IMG/VR virus record: IMGVR_UViG_3300032893_000011
Span: 49,741 to 113,740 of that record
Reading direction: 5' to 3' (one strand)
Length of the DNA: 64,000 nt
From: a virus
Shown here piece after piece: positions 29,247 through 38,154 of this stretch (within the stretch, counting starts at the first letter, position 1; every line of letters starts with the position of its first letter). The notes beneath the pieces were generated by a model. That model was not told where the DNA came from. It did not search any database and saw nothing but the letters and a program-made list of their open reading frames with translations. The translations under genes and the position numbers were made by a program.

Positions 29247-29509
29247 AACGCCACCCCCTCCTCGGTGCCCGACGTGGCGCGCAGCCGGCGCACCGCCTCC
29301 CGGACTGCCTCCGCGGCGGCGTGCTCCCCCAACTCGGCCAGCAGCGCAGCATCCCGCTCAAGCGCCGCGAGCCTGTCCACACCCACCGGGCCGTTTGTGC
29401 GGGCCTGGCGCGGTGACCCGCGCGAGCCGGTGATCCTCTGTCTCATCGCAGCTGCCTCTCTTTTGAAGACGTATTCGGTTGCAGGCCGAGGCGCCATGAA
29501 CCCGTCCAC
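29243..29509 (-). CDS. Hypothetical phage protein
   Basis: 4-nt overlap with the next gene; start uncertain. Confidence 0.45.
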   Translation of the reverse strand: MDGFMAPRPATEYVFKREAAAMRQRITGSRGSPRQARTNGPVGVDRLAALERDAALLAELGEHAAAEAVREAVRRLRATSGTEEGVAL

Positions 29510-29712
29510 GGCGGCGACCCAGAATCGCAGGCCTCATGCCACGTAAACACTTCCCACGACTGCCCCGGGTCGTCCTCGGCCAGCCAAGGGAACCGCTCCC
29601 GGGTCAATACGTAGATCGTCTCGCCCTCGCCGACCGCGACGCCGCACGCCCCGCACGCCAGCGGCCCGGCCTCCTCGCCGACATGGGTGGTTAGCAGAAC
29701 GGTCTCACTCAC
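29443..29712 (-). CDS. Hypothetical Zn-binding protein
   Basis: CGAC...WHEAC motif. Confidence 0.55.
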   Translation of the reverse strand: MSETVLLTTHVGEEAGPLACGACGVAVGEGETIYVLTRERFPWLAEDDPGQSWEVFTWHEACDSGSPPWTGSWRLGLQPNTSSKERQLR

Positions 29713-29917
29713 CGACGATGTCTTTCATGAGGGCGGCCAGGGCCTCCTGCGTGGGCGTCACGGTGGCGCGCTGATATTCGACTTGCTCGGCTCGCATGCG
29801 GACAGCCCGCACGAACTGGCGGGCAGCATCCACCGCATCCACGGTCGCGTCTTCATCCGGCCACTCGACATAGGCGGCGACAGCGCGTTCGAGACTGTCG
29901 TACGGGTCAGTACTCAT
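29705..29917 (-). CDS. Hypothetical phage protein
   Basis: MSTDPYDSLER...; overlapping operon arrangement. Confidence 0.55.
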   Translation of the reverse strand: MSTDPYDSLERAVAAYVEWPDEDATVDAVDAARQFVRAVRMRAEQVEYQRATVTPTQEALAALMKDIVGE

Positions 29918-30230
29918 AGCTGCTTGCGACAACGATAGTGCTGTTGCCGCCACGTAGATCGCGAATCCAGTCCGCGAAACTCACACCCGCCGGGCATCGG
30001 GCCGTGATGTGGGACTCCTCGTCAAAGCGGCGGATCGTCTCCAGGCTTTTGGCGGCGCAGCACGGTCCATAGCCGCTGCCAGCGAAGATGTAGCCACCGG
30101 AGCGCGGGTCGTCGGTGAGGTCGGCGTCGCAGATGTCGCACAGCACCATTCGGCCGATGTCGATCACCCCCTCGCCGGTTTCGAGCGCGGCCAGGCACTC
30201 GGCGCGGATGCGGTCACGTTCACTGCTCAT
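29907..30230 (-). CDS. Hypothetical Zn-finger protein
   Basis: CDIC...PCC motifs. Confidence 0.6.
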   Translation of the reverse strand: MSSERDRIRAECLAALETGEGVIDIGRMVLCDICDADLTDDPRSGGYIFAGSGYGPCCAAKSLETIRRFDEESHITARCPAGVSFADWIRDLRGGNSTIVVASSYEY

Positions 30231-30385
30231 CGGCAATGGCCTCCCTCGGGTTGTCCAACAACCACCTCATAACGCCACATGTCGGCGTCGACAAATTGGG
30301 TGACCAGCTCGTAGTCGTCGGTGACCAGCACCAGATGCCCGCAGTCCGGGCTGGGCGACAGCCGGTCGTACACGCGAAACGTCAC
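30227..30385 (-). CDS. Small hypothetical protein (not in the ORF track)
   Basis: 52-aa ORF VTFRVYDRL...HCR with 4-nt overlaps at both ends. Confidence 0.5.
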   Translation of the reverse strand: MTFRVYDRLSPSPDCGHLVLVTDDYELVTQFVDADMWRYEVVVGQPEGGHCR

Positions 30386-30792
30386 GGTTCACCGGCCCTC
30401 GGGTGGTGGACGCACGGCATCCCGGCCAGGAGGGCCATCCAGCATGCGGGGGGCAACTTGCCCGGGTCGCGCGGGTCGATGCAGCCGTCGTCGTCGAGCA
30501 GCACCAGATGCCCCCGGTACAGCACGGGTACCTCGGCGGGGTCGGCGTCCTGTGACACGAGCAGCCCGGCGTCGAGCGCGGCCGCGCGGTCCGTCTCCGC
30601 TGCGCGGTGGTCACAGGCGCACAGCAGGACCCCGTTGGATGCGCGGCTGGACCCGGGACGGTCGGTGCCGCCCATCCCCCGCGGCCGGCGGTGGTGGATG
30701 TGCTCGCCGGGGTGGGAGTAGTTCACCGCGCACCGGGAGCCCTCCCTCTCGATGATGAGCCGGCGCGTGGCGGGCGTGAACTCGGCGGTCAC
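30382..30792 (-). CDS. HNH endonuclease-like protein
   Basis: IHHRRPRGMGG...SNGVLLCACDH..E and GLLVSQ..DP..VPV. Confidence 0.8.
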   Translation of the reverse strand: MTAEFTPATRRLIIEREGSRCAVNYSHPGEHIHHRRPRGMGGTDRPGSSRASNGVLLCACDHRAAETDRAAALDAGLLVSQDADPAEVPVLYRGHLVLLDDDGCIDPRDPGKLPPACWMALLAGMPCVHHPRAGEP

Positions 30793-31070
30793 GAAGAACG
30801 CCGACGCCTCGCCGCCGTCGGCTTCTTGGGGCTATCCGGTAGGCGAAGGCCGCTGTCGGCGCCTTCGAGCATCCGCAGAAGCGCCGCCGTCGGGACACGG
30901 ATACGGTGGGTGCCGAGCCTGATCGTCGGCAGCTGACCCTCCCGGGCCATTTGGTAGGCGAAAGCGCGTGAAACCCCCAAGTACTGGCTCGCGCGTCCGA
31001 TGCTTATCGTTGCGCCCTCACGCCGAAGAGCGTCCAAAGTGGGTACCTTGCTGTGTCGTGTCGTCGCCAT
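30789..31070 (-). CDS. Excisionase/MerR-like HTH DNA-binding protein
   Basis: TISIGRASQYLGVSRAFAYQMAREGQLPTIRLG..RIRVP. Confidence 0.8.
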   Translation of the reverse strand: MATTRHSKVPTLDALRREGATISIGRASQYLGVSRAFAYQMAREGQLPTIRLGTHRIRVPTAALLRMLEGADSGLRLPDSPKKPTAARRRRSS

Positions 31071-31077
31071 GTGCTGA

Positions 31078-31108
31078 AGTGTGTGCCGGTATTGACACAT
31101 TTGTCAAT
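31078..31108 (-). promoter_or_regulatory. Putative promoter with palindromic operator
   Basis: ATTGACA-CATT-TGTCAAT palindrome at 31091-31108; minus-strand TTGACA-N18-CACACT just upstream of the ATG at 31070. Confidence 0.55.
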
Positions 31109-31110
31109 CC

Positions 31111-31476
31111 CTACATGCGGTCATCGTCGCCGGGCTGCTCGTCGTCGCGGATCGACCCGACTGGTGGCGCCTGATCCCACAGGGTGCCCTGATTGGCGTC
31201 GACGGGCTCCGGCTGCCCTGGGAGCCACGCCCCGACCAGGCGGCACCGCTTGAAGTGCACGTCCTCGCCCTCGGTGGTCAGATGCACGCAGTCGTCGACG
31301 ACCTGGAGTTTGACCATCAGCGTGACCGTGCCGCCGCGGTGGGGCGGGTTGGCGAGCACGACGAGCGTCTTGTTGCCCATGCGGATCTCCGCGGGAATGT
31401 TGTCGGCGGCGTCGAACCTGTCGAGTTCGTTACCGCTGGGCAGCCTGGCCGGCCTGGTCGTTATCTCCGCCATCAC
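31111..31476 (-). CDS. Hypothetical phage protein
   Basis: ORF with AAGGAAAG RBS. Confidence 0.6.
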   Translation of the reverse strand: MMAEITTRPARLPSGNELDRFDAADNIPAEIRMGNKTLVVLANPPHRGGTVTLMVKLQVVDDCVHLTTEGEDVHFKRCRLVGAWLPGQPEPVDANQGTLWDQAPPVGSIRDDEQPGDDDRM

Positions 31477-32500
31477 TTTCCTTCTTCTCTGCTGTCGGGA
31501 GTTTCTTCAGCGTGTTATACAGCAGCCGGTACTGGTCGGCGGTGAGGTGTTTACGGCTGTCGACGTTGGCGTCCAGCGACATGGAGCACCAGTTGAGGTG
31601 CTCCTCGCGGTCGGCGGTCCCCAGGACGCGGGTCAACTCGCGGACCAGGAACGTGATTTGGCCCTGGGTGATCATCTTCACCTCGCTAGTCGTGGTGGGC
31701 TCGGTCGCGGGTGCGGCTTGACCCTCCTCGACCAGTCGGTCGGTGAACGCCCTGAGCGCATCGGTGTCCAACGTGTCCATCAAATTCTGGACACCGTCGC
31801 GGGTGGTGATGAGGCCCTTCTGGCAGTCGCCGAAGAAGCGGTGCATCAGGCGCTCCTTCGTCCAGCCCAGCGGATCGGTCCGCTTCTTCATGTCCCTCAA
31901 GGCGTCATTGGCGTCGGCCCTGAGCCGACGCTCCTCCGGGCTGGGCGCCCCCGCGGCATACTCATGCTCTCGGCCATCATCCTGGGTTGTTGCGTCGTGC
32001 AGGTCACCCTTGTGCCACAGCTCCAACGCCCACCCGAACCTCATACCGCTGTTCCTCAGTGCATCGCCAATTGCCTCCTTGACGGCGTTGGGCCCTCTTT
32101 TGCCCCCCGAGTCACCGTAGCCGATGCGAGTAACTCCACAGATGGTCAGCTTGATCCACAGGCCCCCATCCCTGTCGAACAGAGGCAGTCCGTTGTCGTC
32201 GACCGCCATCGGCTCCCAGTTCCACTCCGGGTCGGCGTCAAGGAAAGCATCGGTCGTCGCGGCGTGCCCCACATAGTCCAGGTGAATGGTGTTGGACGAC
32301 GGGTGATAGCCGCCGCAGATGTTGCAGCGCTGCTTAGGCTGGTTGTCCCACGCGTCCTTGAAAGTAGGCTGCGGCTTCTTGGCGATCAAGTTGTCAGGGA
32401 CGGGCTGGCGCAACTTCTCCAACCCTGTCACCACCGCCTCGGGGGCGGCCGGTTGCGCGGCGGCCTTGTTGTCGGCGGCGGGTTTAGTAGCGGTCATCAT
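31430..32500 (-). CDS. Rad52/Sak-like single-strand annealing protein
   Basis: LDYVGHA..T...LDADPEWNWEP...LWIKLTICGVTRIGYG...KEAIGDALRN..MRFG.AL.LW.K. Confidence 0.8.
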   Translation of the reverse strand: MMTATKPAADNKAAAQPAAPEAVVTGLEKLRQPVPDNLIAKKPQPTFKDAWDNQPKQRCNICGGYHPSSNTIHLDYVGHAATTDAFLDADPEWNWEPMAVDDNGLPLFDRDGGLWIKLTICGVTRIGYGDSGGKRGPNAVKEAIGDALRNSGMRFGWALELWHKGDLHDATTQDDGREHEYAAGAPSPEERRLRADANDALRDMKKRTDPLGWTKERLMHRFFGDCQKGLITTRDGVQNLMDTLDTDALRAFTDRLVEEGQAAPATEPTTTSEVKMITQGQITFLVRELTRVLGTADREEHLNWCSMSLDANVDSRKHLTADQYRLLYNTLKKLPTAEKKESDGGDNDQAGQAAQR

Positions 32501-32653
32501 GTGTTCCTTCGGTTGCGGTTGACGAAGATTGGCGGTGGGATTGGCTTGGGCAGTCCTTGCCGCAGCCCCAGTCGGCGCAGATGTGCCCTCCGGTGCCGTA
32601 CTGCTCGGAGGTGCACGAGTATCGCTCCGGCGCGTAGCCGTCGCCCATAATGG

Positions 32654-33010
32654 TCATTGCAGCTCAACCCTCACGCTGCCGCCCTGCGGTATCGCGCGCC
32701 GCTGCGCCCACTCCAGGAAATCCGGCACAGGGAAACAGTAGGACCGGCAGATCACGTGGTCGTCGGGTGACCATAGCGCGATGTGCTGCGCATGACACTG
32801 TGGCACATCCTCGAACAGGATCACCCCATCGGCCGATACTGGCGTGCGGGCGATCTCGGGTATCGACTGATCCTCGATCAACGAGCCACCGGAGTCGAGT
32901 TCAAAGTCCCCGTCATGCAGGGTGGCGTAGGCGGCCATACCCAACACGGCCTCGACGAACGACTCGTCGACAGCTTTGACGAACGATCTATTGGGGGAGT
33001 GGGCCATCAT
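32654..33010 (-). CDS. Hypothetical phage protein
   Basis: ORF with AGGAG RBS. Confidence 0.6.
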   Translation of the reverse strand: MMAHSPNRSFVKAVDESFVEAVLGMAAYATLHDGDFELDSGGSLIEDQSIPEIARTPVSADGVILFEDVPQCHAQHIALWSPDDHVICRSYCFPVPDFLEWAQRRAIPQGGSVRVELQ

Positions 33011-33016
33011 TTCTCC

Positions 33017-33814
33017 TTAGCGAAATGCCCATGGGGGCAAGGTCATGTCGTACATCTGGTCGTAGCCAGGCCACTGGTCGGTGACACGGCACTGGTGGTA
33101 GAGGTTGATGGCCTGGCGCATCCGCGTCGCCCCCAGCAGCAGCTCGTCGCCGCGCTGGTTGATGACGCTCACCAGGTAAGGGGAGGCCTTCTCCACGGCG
33201 ACGAAACGCACGATCGGGTCGAGGGCCAGGCCCATCAGCCGCGCCAGGGCGTGATACCACGCCCCCGCAATGTGGTAGCCCAAATCGAAGGCCTTGCGGC
33301 TGAACGCCCGATACTCGGCGGTGGACGACGTTTTCAGGTCCGCCAGCACGAGGCGGTCACCCTCGAACGTGATCCAGTCCACCCTGCCGGTGAGAAGCAC
33401 ACCAGTGTCCGGGTCGACGAACTCCAGCGGGACCTCGGGCTTGCCCTGCTCGAACAGCGGGCCCGCGAGGGGATGCGACCGCACGGCGGCGACCATCGCC
33501 GCCGCCTGCTCGTACTCGGCGGGCGTGAACACCAACGCCCCGCGGTCCCGTACTTCTTTCTCGGCGGCCTTCCACGCCGCGCAGGCCTTCGGGTTATCGG
33601 AGACCGTGCCGTCGCGTTTACGGCCGTGCACGGCCGGGTCGAGGACCTCGTACTCCTCGCCGACGCCCAGAAGCAGTGTGTGCACCAACTGTCCGAACTC
33701 CATCGCGGGCGTCGACTCGACCGGGGTGTCGATGGCCTCCTTGAACAGGCGGGGGCAGTTGGGCGGCAGCAGCAGCGGCGCCCTGCTCGCCGACAGCCTC
33801 CACGGGTCGCTCAA
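33017..33814 (-). CDS. RecE/Cas4-like PD-(D/E)xK exonuclease
   Basis: LSAS, FGQLVH, PEV, GRVDW, DLKTS, GYHI..AWY and FVAVEK.SPY motifs; probable TTG start. Confidence 0.85.
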   Translation of the reverse strand: MSDPWRLSASRAPLLLPPNCPRLFKEAIDTPVESTPAMEFGQLVHTLLLGVGEEYEVLDPAVHGRKRDGTVSDNPKACAAWKAAEKEVRDRGALVFTPAEYEQAAAMVAAVRSHPLAGPLFEQGKPEVPLEFVDPDTGVLLTGRVDWITFEGDRLVLADLKTSSTAEYRAFSRKAFDLGYHIAGAWYHALARLMGLALDPIVRFVAVEKASPYLVSVINQRGDELLLGATRMRQAINLYHQCRVTDQWPGYDQMYDMTLPPWAFR

Positions 33815-33953
33815 CGCTTCGCCTCCCTGGTCAGCCGGACCGAAATGCCGATCCGGGTGTTGTGCTCGGCGGTGCGGGCGTGCTTGCGGTAGGTGCAGCC
33901 CGGCGCGCACGGCCGGGTCAACGCGGGGTGCCACATGGGGATTGCTCCGCCTC

Positions 33954-34106
33954 TCATCGGTCGAGGTCCGCGACGCAGTCGGGGCACAACACGCCGTCGT
34001 CGCGCCGCTGGGGTGTGAACAGTTCGAGGCAGCGCGCGCAGCGTCGCCACCGCCTCGGCTTGGGCGGTCGACCGCTACGCAGACAGATCACGGAGAACCC
34101 GCTCAC
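33954..34106 (-). CDS. Small Zn-finger protein
   Basis: CARC...CPDC; GTGA overlap. Confidence 0.5.
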   Translation of the reverse strand: MSGFSVICLRSGRPPKPRRWRRCARCLELFTPQRRDDGVLCPDCVADLDR

Positions 34107-34471
34107 GGCTGGGCCCAGCCCTGGGTCCAGCCGAACGCCTGAGACTCGCTCAAATTCTCGCGAATCGCGGCCAGGGCCAGCATCATCAACGTCTCCAGCT
34201 CCGGGCGGGGGGTTCGGGCGATCCACGCCAGGACACGGTTGGGGTCCTCGTCGCGCAGAACCTGCGCCCAGTGCAGCACGGTCCGGCTGCGTATGCGCAG
34301 CCACGTCGCCGCCAGCTCCTCCTCGGTGACGAGCTGGCCCGAGCGTACGCACTGCGGGCCGGTCGGATAAGTGGAGTGGCGCACCAGCTTGCGGCGGCAG
34401 ATACGGCGCATCTGCCCGCACTCCGAGCACTCGACCAGCTCGGGCATGACCTGCTGGGTTACCGCCGTCAC
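34103..34471 (-). CDS. Hypothetical protein with a Zn-ribbon N-terminus
   Basis: CSECG...H...C motif. Confidence 0.6.
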   Translation of the reverse strand: MTAVTQQVMPELVECSECGQMRRICRRKLVRHSTYPTGPQCVRSGQLVTEEELAATWLRIRSRTVLHWAQVLRDEDPNRVLAWIARTPRPELETLMMLALAAIRENLSESQAFGWTQGWAQP

Positions 34472-34623
34472 GGCCGGCGCCTACGTGCCCGGCGGGCGGC
34501 CAGGTCGACAACCGTGGCGTCCTCGACGATGACGGCTCGGCCATCTCGTAAGTGCGCTGCAAGATCTTCGAGGGTCTGGGCTGCGTCCAGGGGTGTCCAG
34601 ACAGGCTTGGGGCGAGGCGGCAT
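34468..34623 (-). CDS. Small hypothetical protein, first gene of the leftward operon
   Basis: MPPRPKPVWTPLDAAQTLEDLAAHL...; AAGGA RBS. Confidence 0.5.
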   Translation of the reverse strand: MPPRPKPVWTPLDAAQTLEDLAAHLRDGRAVIVEDATVVDLAARRARRRRP

Positions 34624-34665
34624 GGCGGTCCTTGGTTCGTAGCGGACGACGGGGACTAACGGCTA

Positions 34666-34817
34666 ATTATATACCACAACGCCTACATCGCGAGGGGGTT
34701 CTTTAATGGGCGTGGCCCCGGGTGCCGCTACTCACCCGGGGCCACCATCACCGATACCACCCGAACACCATGCCGTCGTGGTAGCCCACACGATACCACA
34801 ACCCCTACACTGAGGGG
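34666..34817. promoter_or_regulatory. Divergent promoter/operator region
   Basis: Minus-strand TATAAT at 34666-34671; direct repeats ATACCACAAC(G/C)CCTACA at 34671 and 34793. Confidence 0.6.
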
Positions 34818-34818
34818 C

Positions 34819-35286
34819 GTGGTAACGAAGCCTAGCTCAACGAAAGTCGTCATCGACCCGCGCGAGGTCGAGGCACGCCCGGTGCTGTGTTTCTTGAACG
34901 GGGCGCAGGTCGCGTCGCGGCTCGGGCGGACCCGGGGGTGGCTGGCGACGGTGGAGCTGCCGACCCACGACGCGCAGATCGGCGACCGCAAAGGCTGGGC
35001 GGCCGAAACCGTAGATGCCTGGGGCGCGCACCAGCCGCTGGGGCGCCGCGACGAGAAGCTGGTGCTGCGGTTCCTGAGCCGCACGGAGGTGGCGAAGTAC
35101 CTGGGTATGCGGGGCTACCACTCCCTGTCGGGGGTGGAGCTGCCCGCGCCCGACGCGCTGATCGGCGACTGCAAGGGCTGGACGCCGGCCACCATCGACG
35201 CGTGGCAGGCCGCCAGGCCCGGCCGGGGCCGGTGGGGTGCGCGCACCGGGCAGACCCGCGCCGGGCTGTCCGCGGCGCGCGCCTAG
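34819..35286 (+). CDS. Tandem-duplicated MerR/AlpA-like HTH protein
   Basis: Two copies of FL...(Q/E)VA..LG...ELP..DA.IGD.KGW...T.DAW. Confidence 0.7.
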   Translation: MVTKPSSTKVVIDPREVEARPVLCFLNGAQVASRLGRTRGWLATVELPTHDAQIGDRKGWAAETVDAWGAHQPLGRRDEKLVLRFLSRTEVAKYLGMRGYHSLSGVELPAPDALIGDCKGWTPATIDAWQAARPGRGRWGARTGQTRAGLSAARA

Positions 35287-35525
35287 GGCGTCTTGTGCAG
35301 CAGGGCGTCGGCGGCCTTCAGCGTGGAGACGACGATGTTCAAGTCGTCGACCACCTCGGTGAAAAACTCCTGCTGCTGCTCGGACAGGATCAGCTTCAAG
35401 ATCGGGTTGTTCTCGGCGCCGTTGGCGACGCCGTCGATGAGCTGGGCGGCGGTGGTGACCGGGTCGAGCACCTTGGCGATGGCGGCTTCGATGTCGGCGA
35501 AACTGAAACCTGACAGGTCGGGCAT
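35283..35525 (-). CDS. Small hypothetical protein
   Basis: GAGGAG RBS; helical 80-aa product. Confidence 0.6.
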   Translation of the reverse strand: MPDLSGFSFADIEAAIAKVLDPVTTAAQLIDGVANGAENNPILKLILSEQQQEFFTEVVDDLNIVVSTLKAADALLHKTP

Positions 35526-35665
35526 GGGGGGCTCCTCGGGGTGGGGGTGGGTCCGCCGCCCGATACTACGCCGGCACCGTTAACGGTCGCCAGCATTAAA
35601 AACGCCGGAAGGATGTGCGGTTGGAGCCAAGTCGGCGGCGGTGAGCTAAAGTAGGCCGTTAAAGC

Positions 35666-36050
35666 GGAAACCCCGGGCGGGTGGCCCGGGGGTTTCCAAT
35701 ATCTCAGCGCTCCATGCGAGATAGGAGGAGTCTAGCAGACCGATCGAGTCTGCACCCACCCATTGCGCTATCGGCGAGTCCGCTCCACCCCCTAGACCGA
35801 CCGCCCCGGTGTTGTCAAGTCCATGAACCGGCATGGGCGACCCGCGGCCGAAGGCCAAGGCTCGGGCAAGAATCCTCGCCGCAGATGGTCCGTCTGGGGT
35901 GATGACAGCTTGCCCACCACCTGGTTTCCCGTGGTTTCGACCGCGGCGGTGGCGCGTTTTTTTGGGGGGCCCGAGCTATGCCCACCGACAGGTGGGCAAG
36001 ACAACCTCGACGAGTGCCACCCCCCCGGAGCAAGTTCCTAAAAAAAAAAG
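35666..36050. other. Hairpin-rich intergenic region (candidate structured RNA or origin)
   Basis: Several inverted repeats, T7G6 and A10 tracts, and no convincing ORF. Confidence 0.4.
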
Positions 36051-36100
36051 CGGGGCATCGCGTTGTTGGCCCCGGTTGAGAAGGAAGGACATCGAGATCG

Positions 36101-36565
36101 ATGAGCGTGAAAGGTCGGCGTACGGTGTCGCGTGCGGGCTACGCGGCCTACATTCAGAGCGACGCCTGGCGCGCCGTGCGTAGAAGGTTCTGGGCGTCTA
36201 AGTTGCCGAAGACTTGTTTCATTTGCGGCGCGGATCCAATGCCGGGAATGCACCTGCACCATCGGACGTATAAGAACCTCGGCAACGAGATGCTGAAGGA
36301 CATTGTGCCTACGTGTCCTGGTTGCCATGAGGAGATTCACCGGTTGTACGAAAGTGATCCCAAGTGGAGAGCGCAGGGGCTGTGGGGTGTGACGAAAGCC
36401 CTGCGGAAGCGCCGCGGTGGGGGCAGGGTTGGGATGGCTAAGCAGTATAAGGCGAAGGGTCACCAGTTGCCGCGGAAGTTCATTGAGAAGTACGGCGAGG
36501 ATGGTCGCGACCGGCCGAATAGACGCCGCCGCGCTCCGCAGGCACAACCCCGTCATGGGGCGTAG
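36101..36565 (+). CDS. HNH endonuclease
   Basis: YIQS..W...R, CFICG, LHHRTY.NLG.E...D...CPGCHEEIH. Confidence 0.85.
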   Translation: MSVKGRRTVSRAGYAAYIQSDAWRAVRRRFWASKLPKTCFICGADPMPGMHLHHRTYKNLGNEMLKDIVPTCPGCHEEIHRLYESDPKWRAQGLWGVTKALRKRRGGGRVGMAKQYKAKGHQLPRKFIEKYGEDGRDRPNRRRRAPQAQPRHGA

Positions 36566-36568
36566 GAT

Positions 36569-36784
36569 GTGCCGATGGCTAACAGGCCGCCCAACCCCTA
36601 CCGCTCCGCTGTCGTGTTCACCGACGCGCGCACCGGTTTGCAGGAGCGCCGGCTGGTGATCCGGTGCAGGGGGTGCGGCGAGAAGTGCGTCACGTCGCCC
36701 CTGTCGCTGCTGGACCGCACCCGCCGCTGCATCCTGTGCCGCGCCGCGCCGAATGCGGGTGTTGTGCCACACTCTGCTCTGTGA
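36569..36784 (+). CDS. Small Zn-ribbon protein
   Basis: CRGC...CILC. Confidence 0.55.
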   Translation: MPMANRPPNPYRSAVVFTDARTGLQERRLVIRCRGCGEKCVTSPLSLLDRTRRCILCRAAPNAGVVPHSAL

Positions 36785-37290
36785 GCAGATGGTCTGACGC
36801 GGCCCGCTACCGGGCGAAACCGGAGCTCGCCGCGCGGCGCGGCAAGGCGCTGACGATGCGCAACGCCGGGGCGACGTGGGAGGCGATCGCCGAGGCGCTG
36901 GGCGTGTCCACGGAGACCGCCCGCAAGGATGTTGCGCAGATGATCCGCGAGGCGGTGCGGATACCGGCGGAGCAGATGGTGGACCGGCAGCGCGCCATCC
37001 TCCTGGACATCGTGCGCACCGAGTACCCGACCGCGATGGACAAGAACGCGGCGCCGGAGGCCCGGCACGGTGCGCAGGGCAGGATCCTGGACTGTTTGGC
37101 GCACGAGGCGAAGCTGTTCGGCCTGTACGCGCCGACCCGGGTGGCGGTGGCGCCGACCGAGGCCGAGTTCGCCACCCGGGCGCTGGAGCTGTTGGCGGTG
37201 GTGGGGGTGGAGCCTTTGGCCGAGCTGGCGCGCGCGAACGTCGGCGAGGCGCAGGTCGTCGAGGAGGACGACGATTGGAGCAACTTGTGA
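36781..37290 (+). CDS. HTH protein, terminase small subunit-like
   Basis: RRGKALTMRNAGATWEAIAEALGVS..TARKDV...AKLFGLYAP. Confidence 0.6.
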   Translation: MSRWSDAARYRAKPELAARRGKALTMRNAGATWEAIAEALGVSTETARKDVAQMIREAVRIPAEQMVDRQRAILLDIVRTEYPTAMDKNAAPEARHGAQGRILDCLAHEAKLFGLYAPTRVAVAPTEAEFATRALELLAVVGVEPLAELARANVGEAQVVEEDDDWSNL

Positions 37291-37315
37291 CACGGCTGGC
37301 CCCTATACTTGAGCC

Positions 37316-37516
37316 GTGAGCGCGCAGGTTACACAGACCCGCGACCGGGTGAAGGTCCGCTACGGGCGGGCCATCGTGTCGTGGCACGTGCGCAAGACCA
37401 CCCCGAACGTGACCGTGGGCGCCATCCTCGCCACCGCCCCTCCCGGCTGTTTTGAGGAGTTGTCCCGCGCAGTGGCCGCGGCCCGCGACGTCTACGCTTG
37501 CCATGCCGCAGCCTAG
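37316..37516 (+). CDS. Hypothetical protein
   Basis: ORF in the rightward run. Confidence 0.45.
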   Translation: MSAQVTQTRDRVKVRYGRAIVSWHVRKTTPNVTVGAILATAPPGCFEELSRAVAAARDVYACHAAA

Positions 37517-37730
37517 CTGCGACGGCGGGATCGACCTGTGGGCGCACGCCGCGCGCCTGGCGTCCCGGTTCAAGGTCCCTGTCAGCGTCGAGCGGGTGTC
37601 GGCGGACCTGCCTGCGATTCAGTGGATGGTGCGCATCGGCGGCCGGACCGTGGGCCCGTTGACGACACGCGACACGCTGCTGGCCCTAGACATCCTGAAC
37701 GCCGGGTTCGCCGCGAGTAGGAGGGACTGA
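37503..37730 (+). CDS. Hypothetical protein
   Basis: ORF coupled by TGATG to the next gene. Confidence 0.5.
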   Translation: MPQPSCDGGIDLWAHAARLASRFKVPVSVERVSADLPAIQWMVRIGGRTVGPLTTRDTLLALDILNAGFAASRRD

Positions 37731-37933
37731 TGTCGAAGCGAAGCAAGCCCCGCGACCGCTGGGTGCAGGTCAACGCCTCCAGCCACACCCGGCCGGCCGA
37801 CTTTTGCGCAGGTTGTGGATATTTTCGTGTTGTCTACGGGGTTCACCGAGACGATTGCACGCGCCTCAGGACAGTGACTCGCCGCAGCCGAAAAACCAAC
37901 CAACTCCGTGGGGAGAACGCCTGCATGGCCTAG
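37730..37933 (+). CDS. Small Zn-binding protein
   Basis: AGGAGG RBS; CAGC...HRDDC. Confidence 0.55.
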   Translation: MSKRSKPRDRWVQVNASSHTRPADFCAGCGYFRVVYGVHRDDCTRLRTVTRRSRKTNQLRGENACMA

Positions 37934-37964
37934 AATAGATCTTGGCGCGGGTTTAGCGCCACTT

Positions 37965-38115
37965 CAGGGCGAGGCTAGGCTGGGCTGGGCGGGGTTGGGC
38001 GGGGCTAGGCTAGGCAGGGCTACCTCAGGGCAGGGCGTGGCTGGGCCCGGCTGGGCGCGGCTTGGCAGGGCGCGGCAGGGCGCGGCCTGGCTCGGCGAGG
38101 CGAGGCAGGGCAGGG
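37965..38115 (+). repeat. Degenerate pentanucleotide (NNGGC) tandem array
   Basis: Roughly 28 units such as GAGGC TAGGC TGGGC CAGGG CGCGG. Confidence 0.85.
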
Positions 38116-38117
38116 TG

Positions 38118-38154
38118 GCTGAGGTGAGCGGGTTGAAACGCCGCTCACCTCAGC
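38118..38154 (+). terminator. Perfect 14-bp hairpin (terminator or RNA structure)
   Basis: GCTGAGGTGAGCGG-N9-CCGCTCACCTCAGC; no U-tract follows. Confidence 0.5.

Noticed and set aside
33017-33814. Cas4-like nuclease as a sign of a CRISPR system
   Set aside because: Its context near a Rad52-like annealase indicates a phage recombination exonuclease.
35666-36565. IscB/OMEGA (HEARO) system
   Set aside because: The protein is 154 aa with HNH only, has no PLMP or RuvC motifs, and no transposon ends are seen. Kept only as a generic structured-region finding.
37965-38154. CRISPR array or tRNA interpretation of the repeat and hairpin
   Set aside because: No repeat-spacer alternation, no cas genes, and no cloverleaf.
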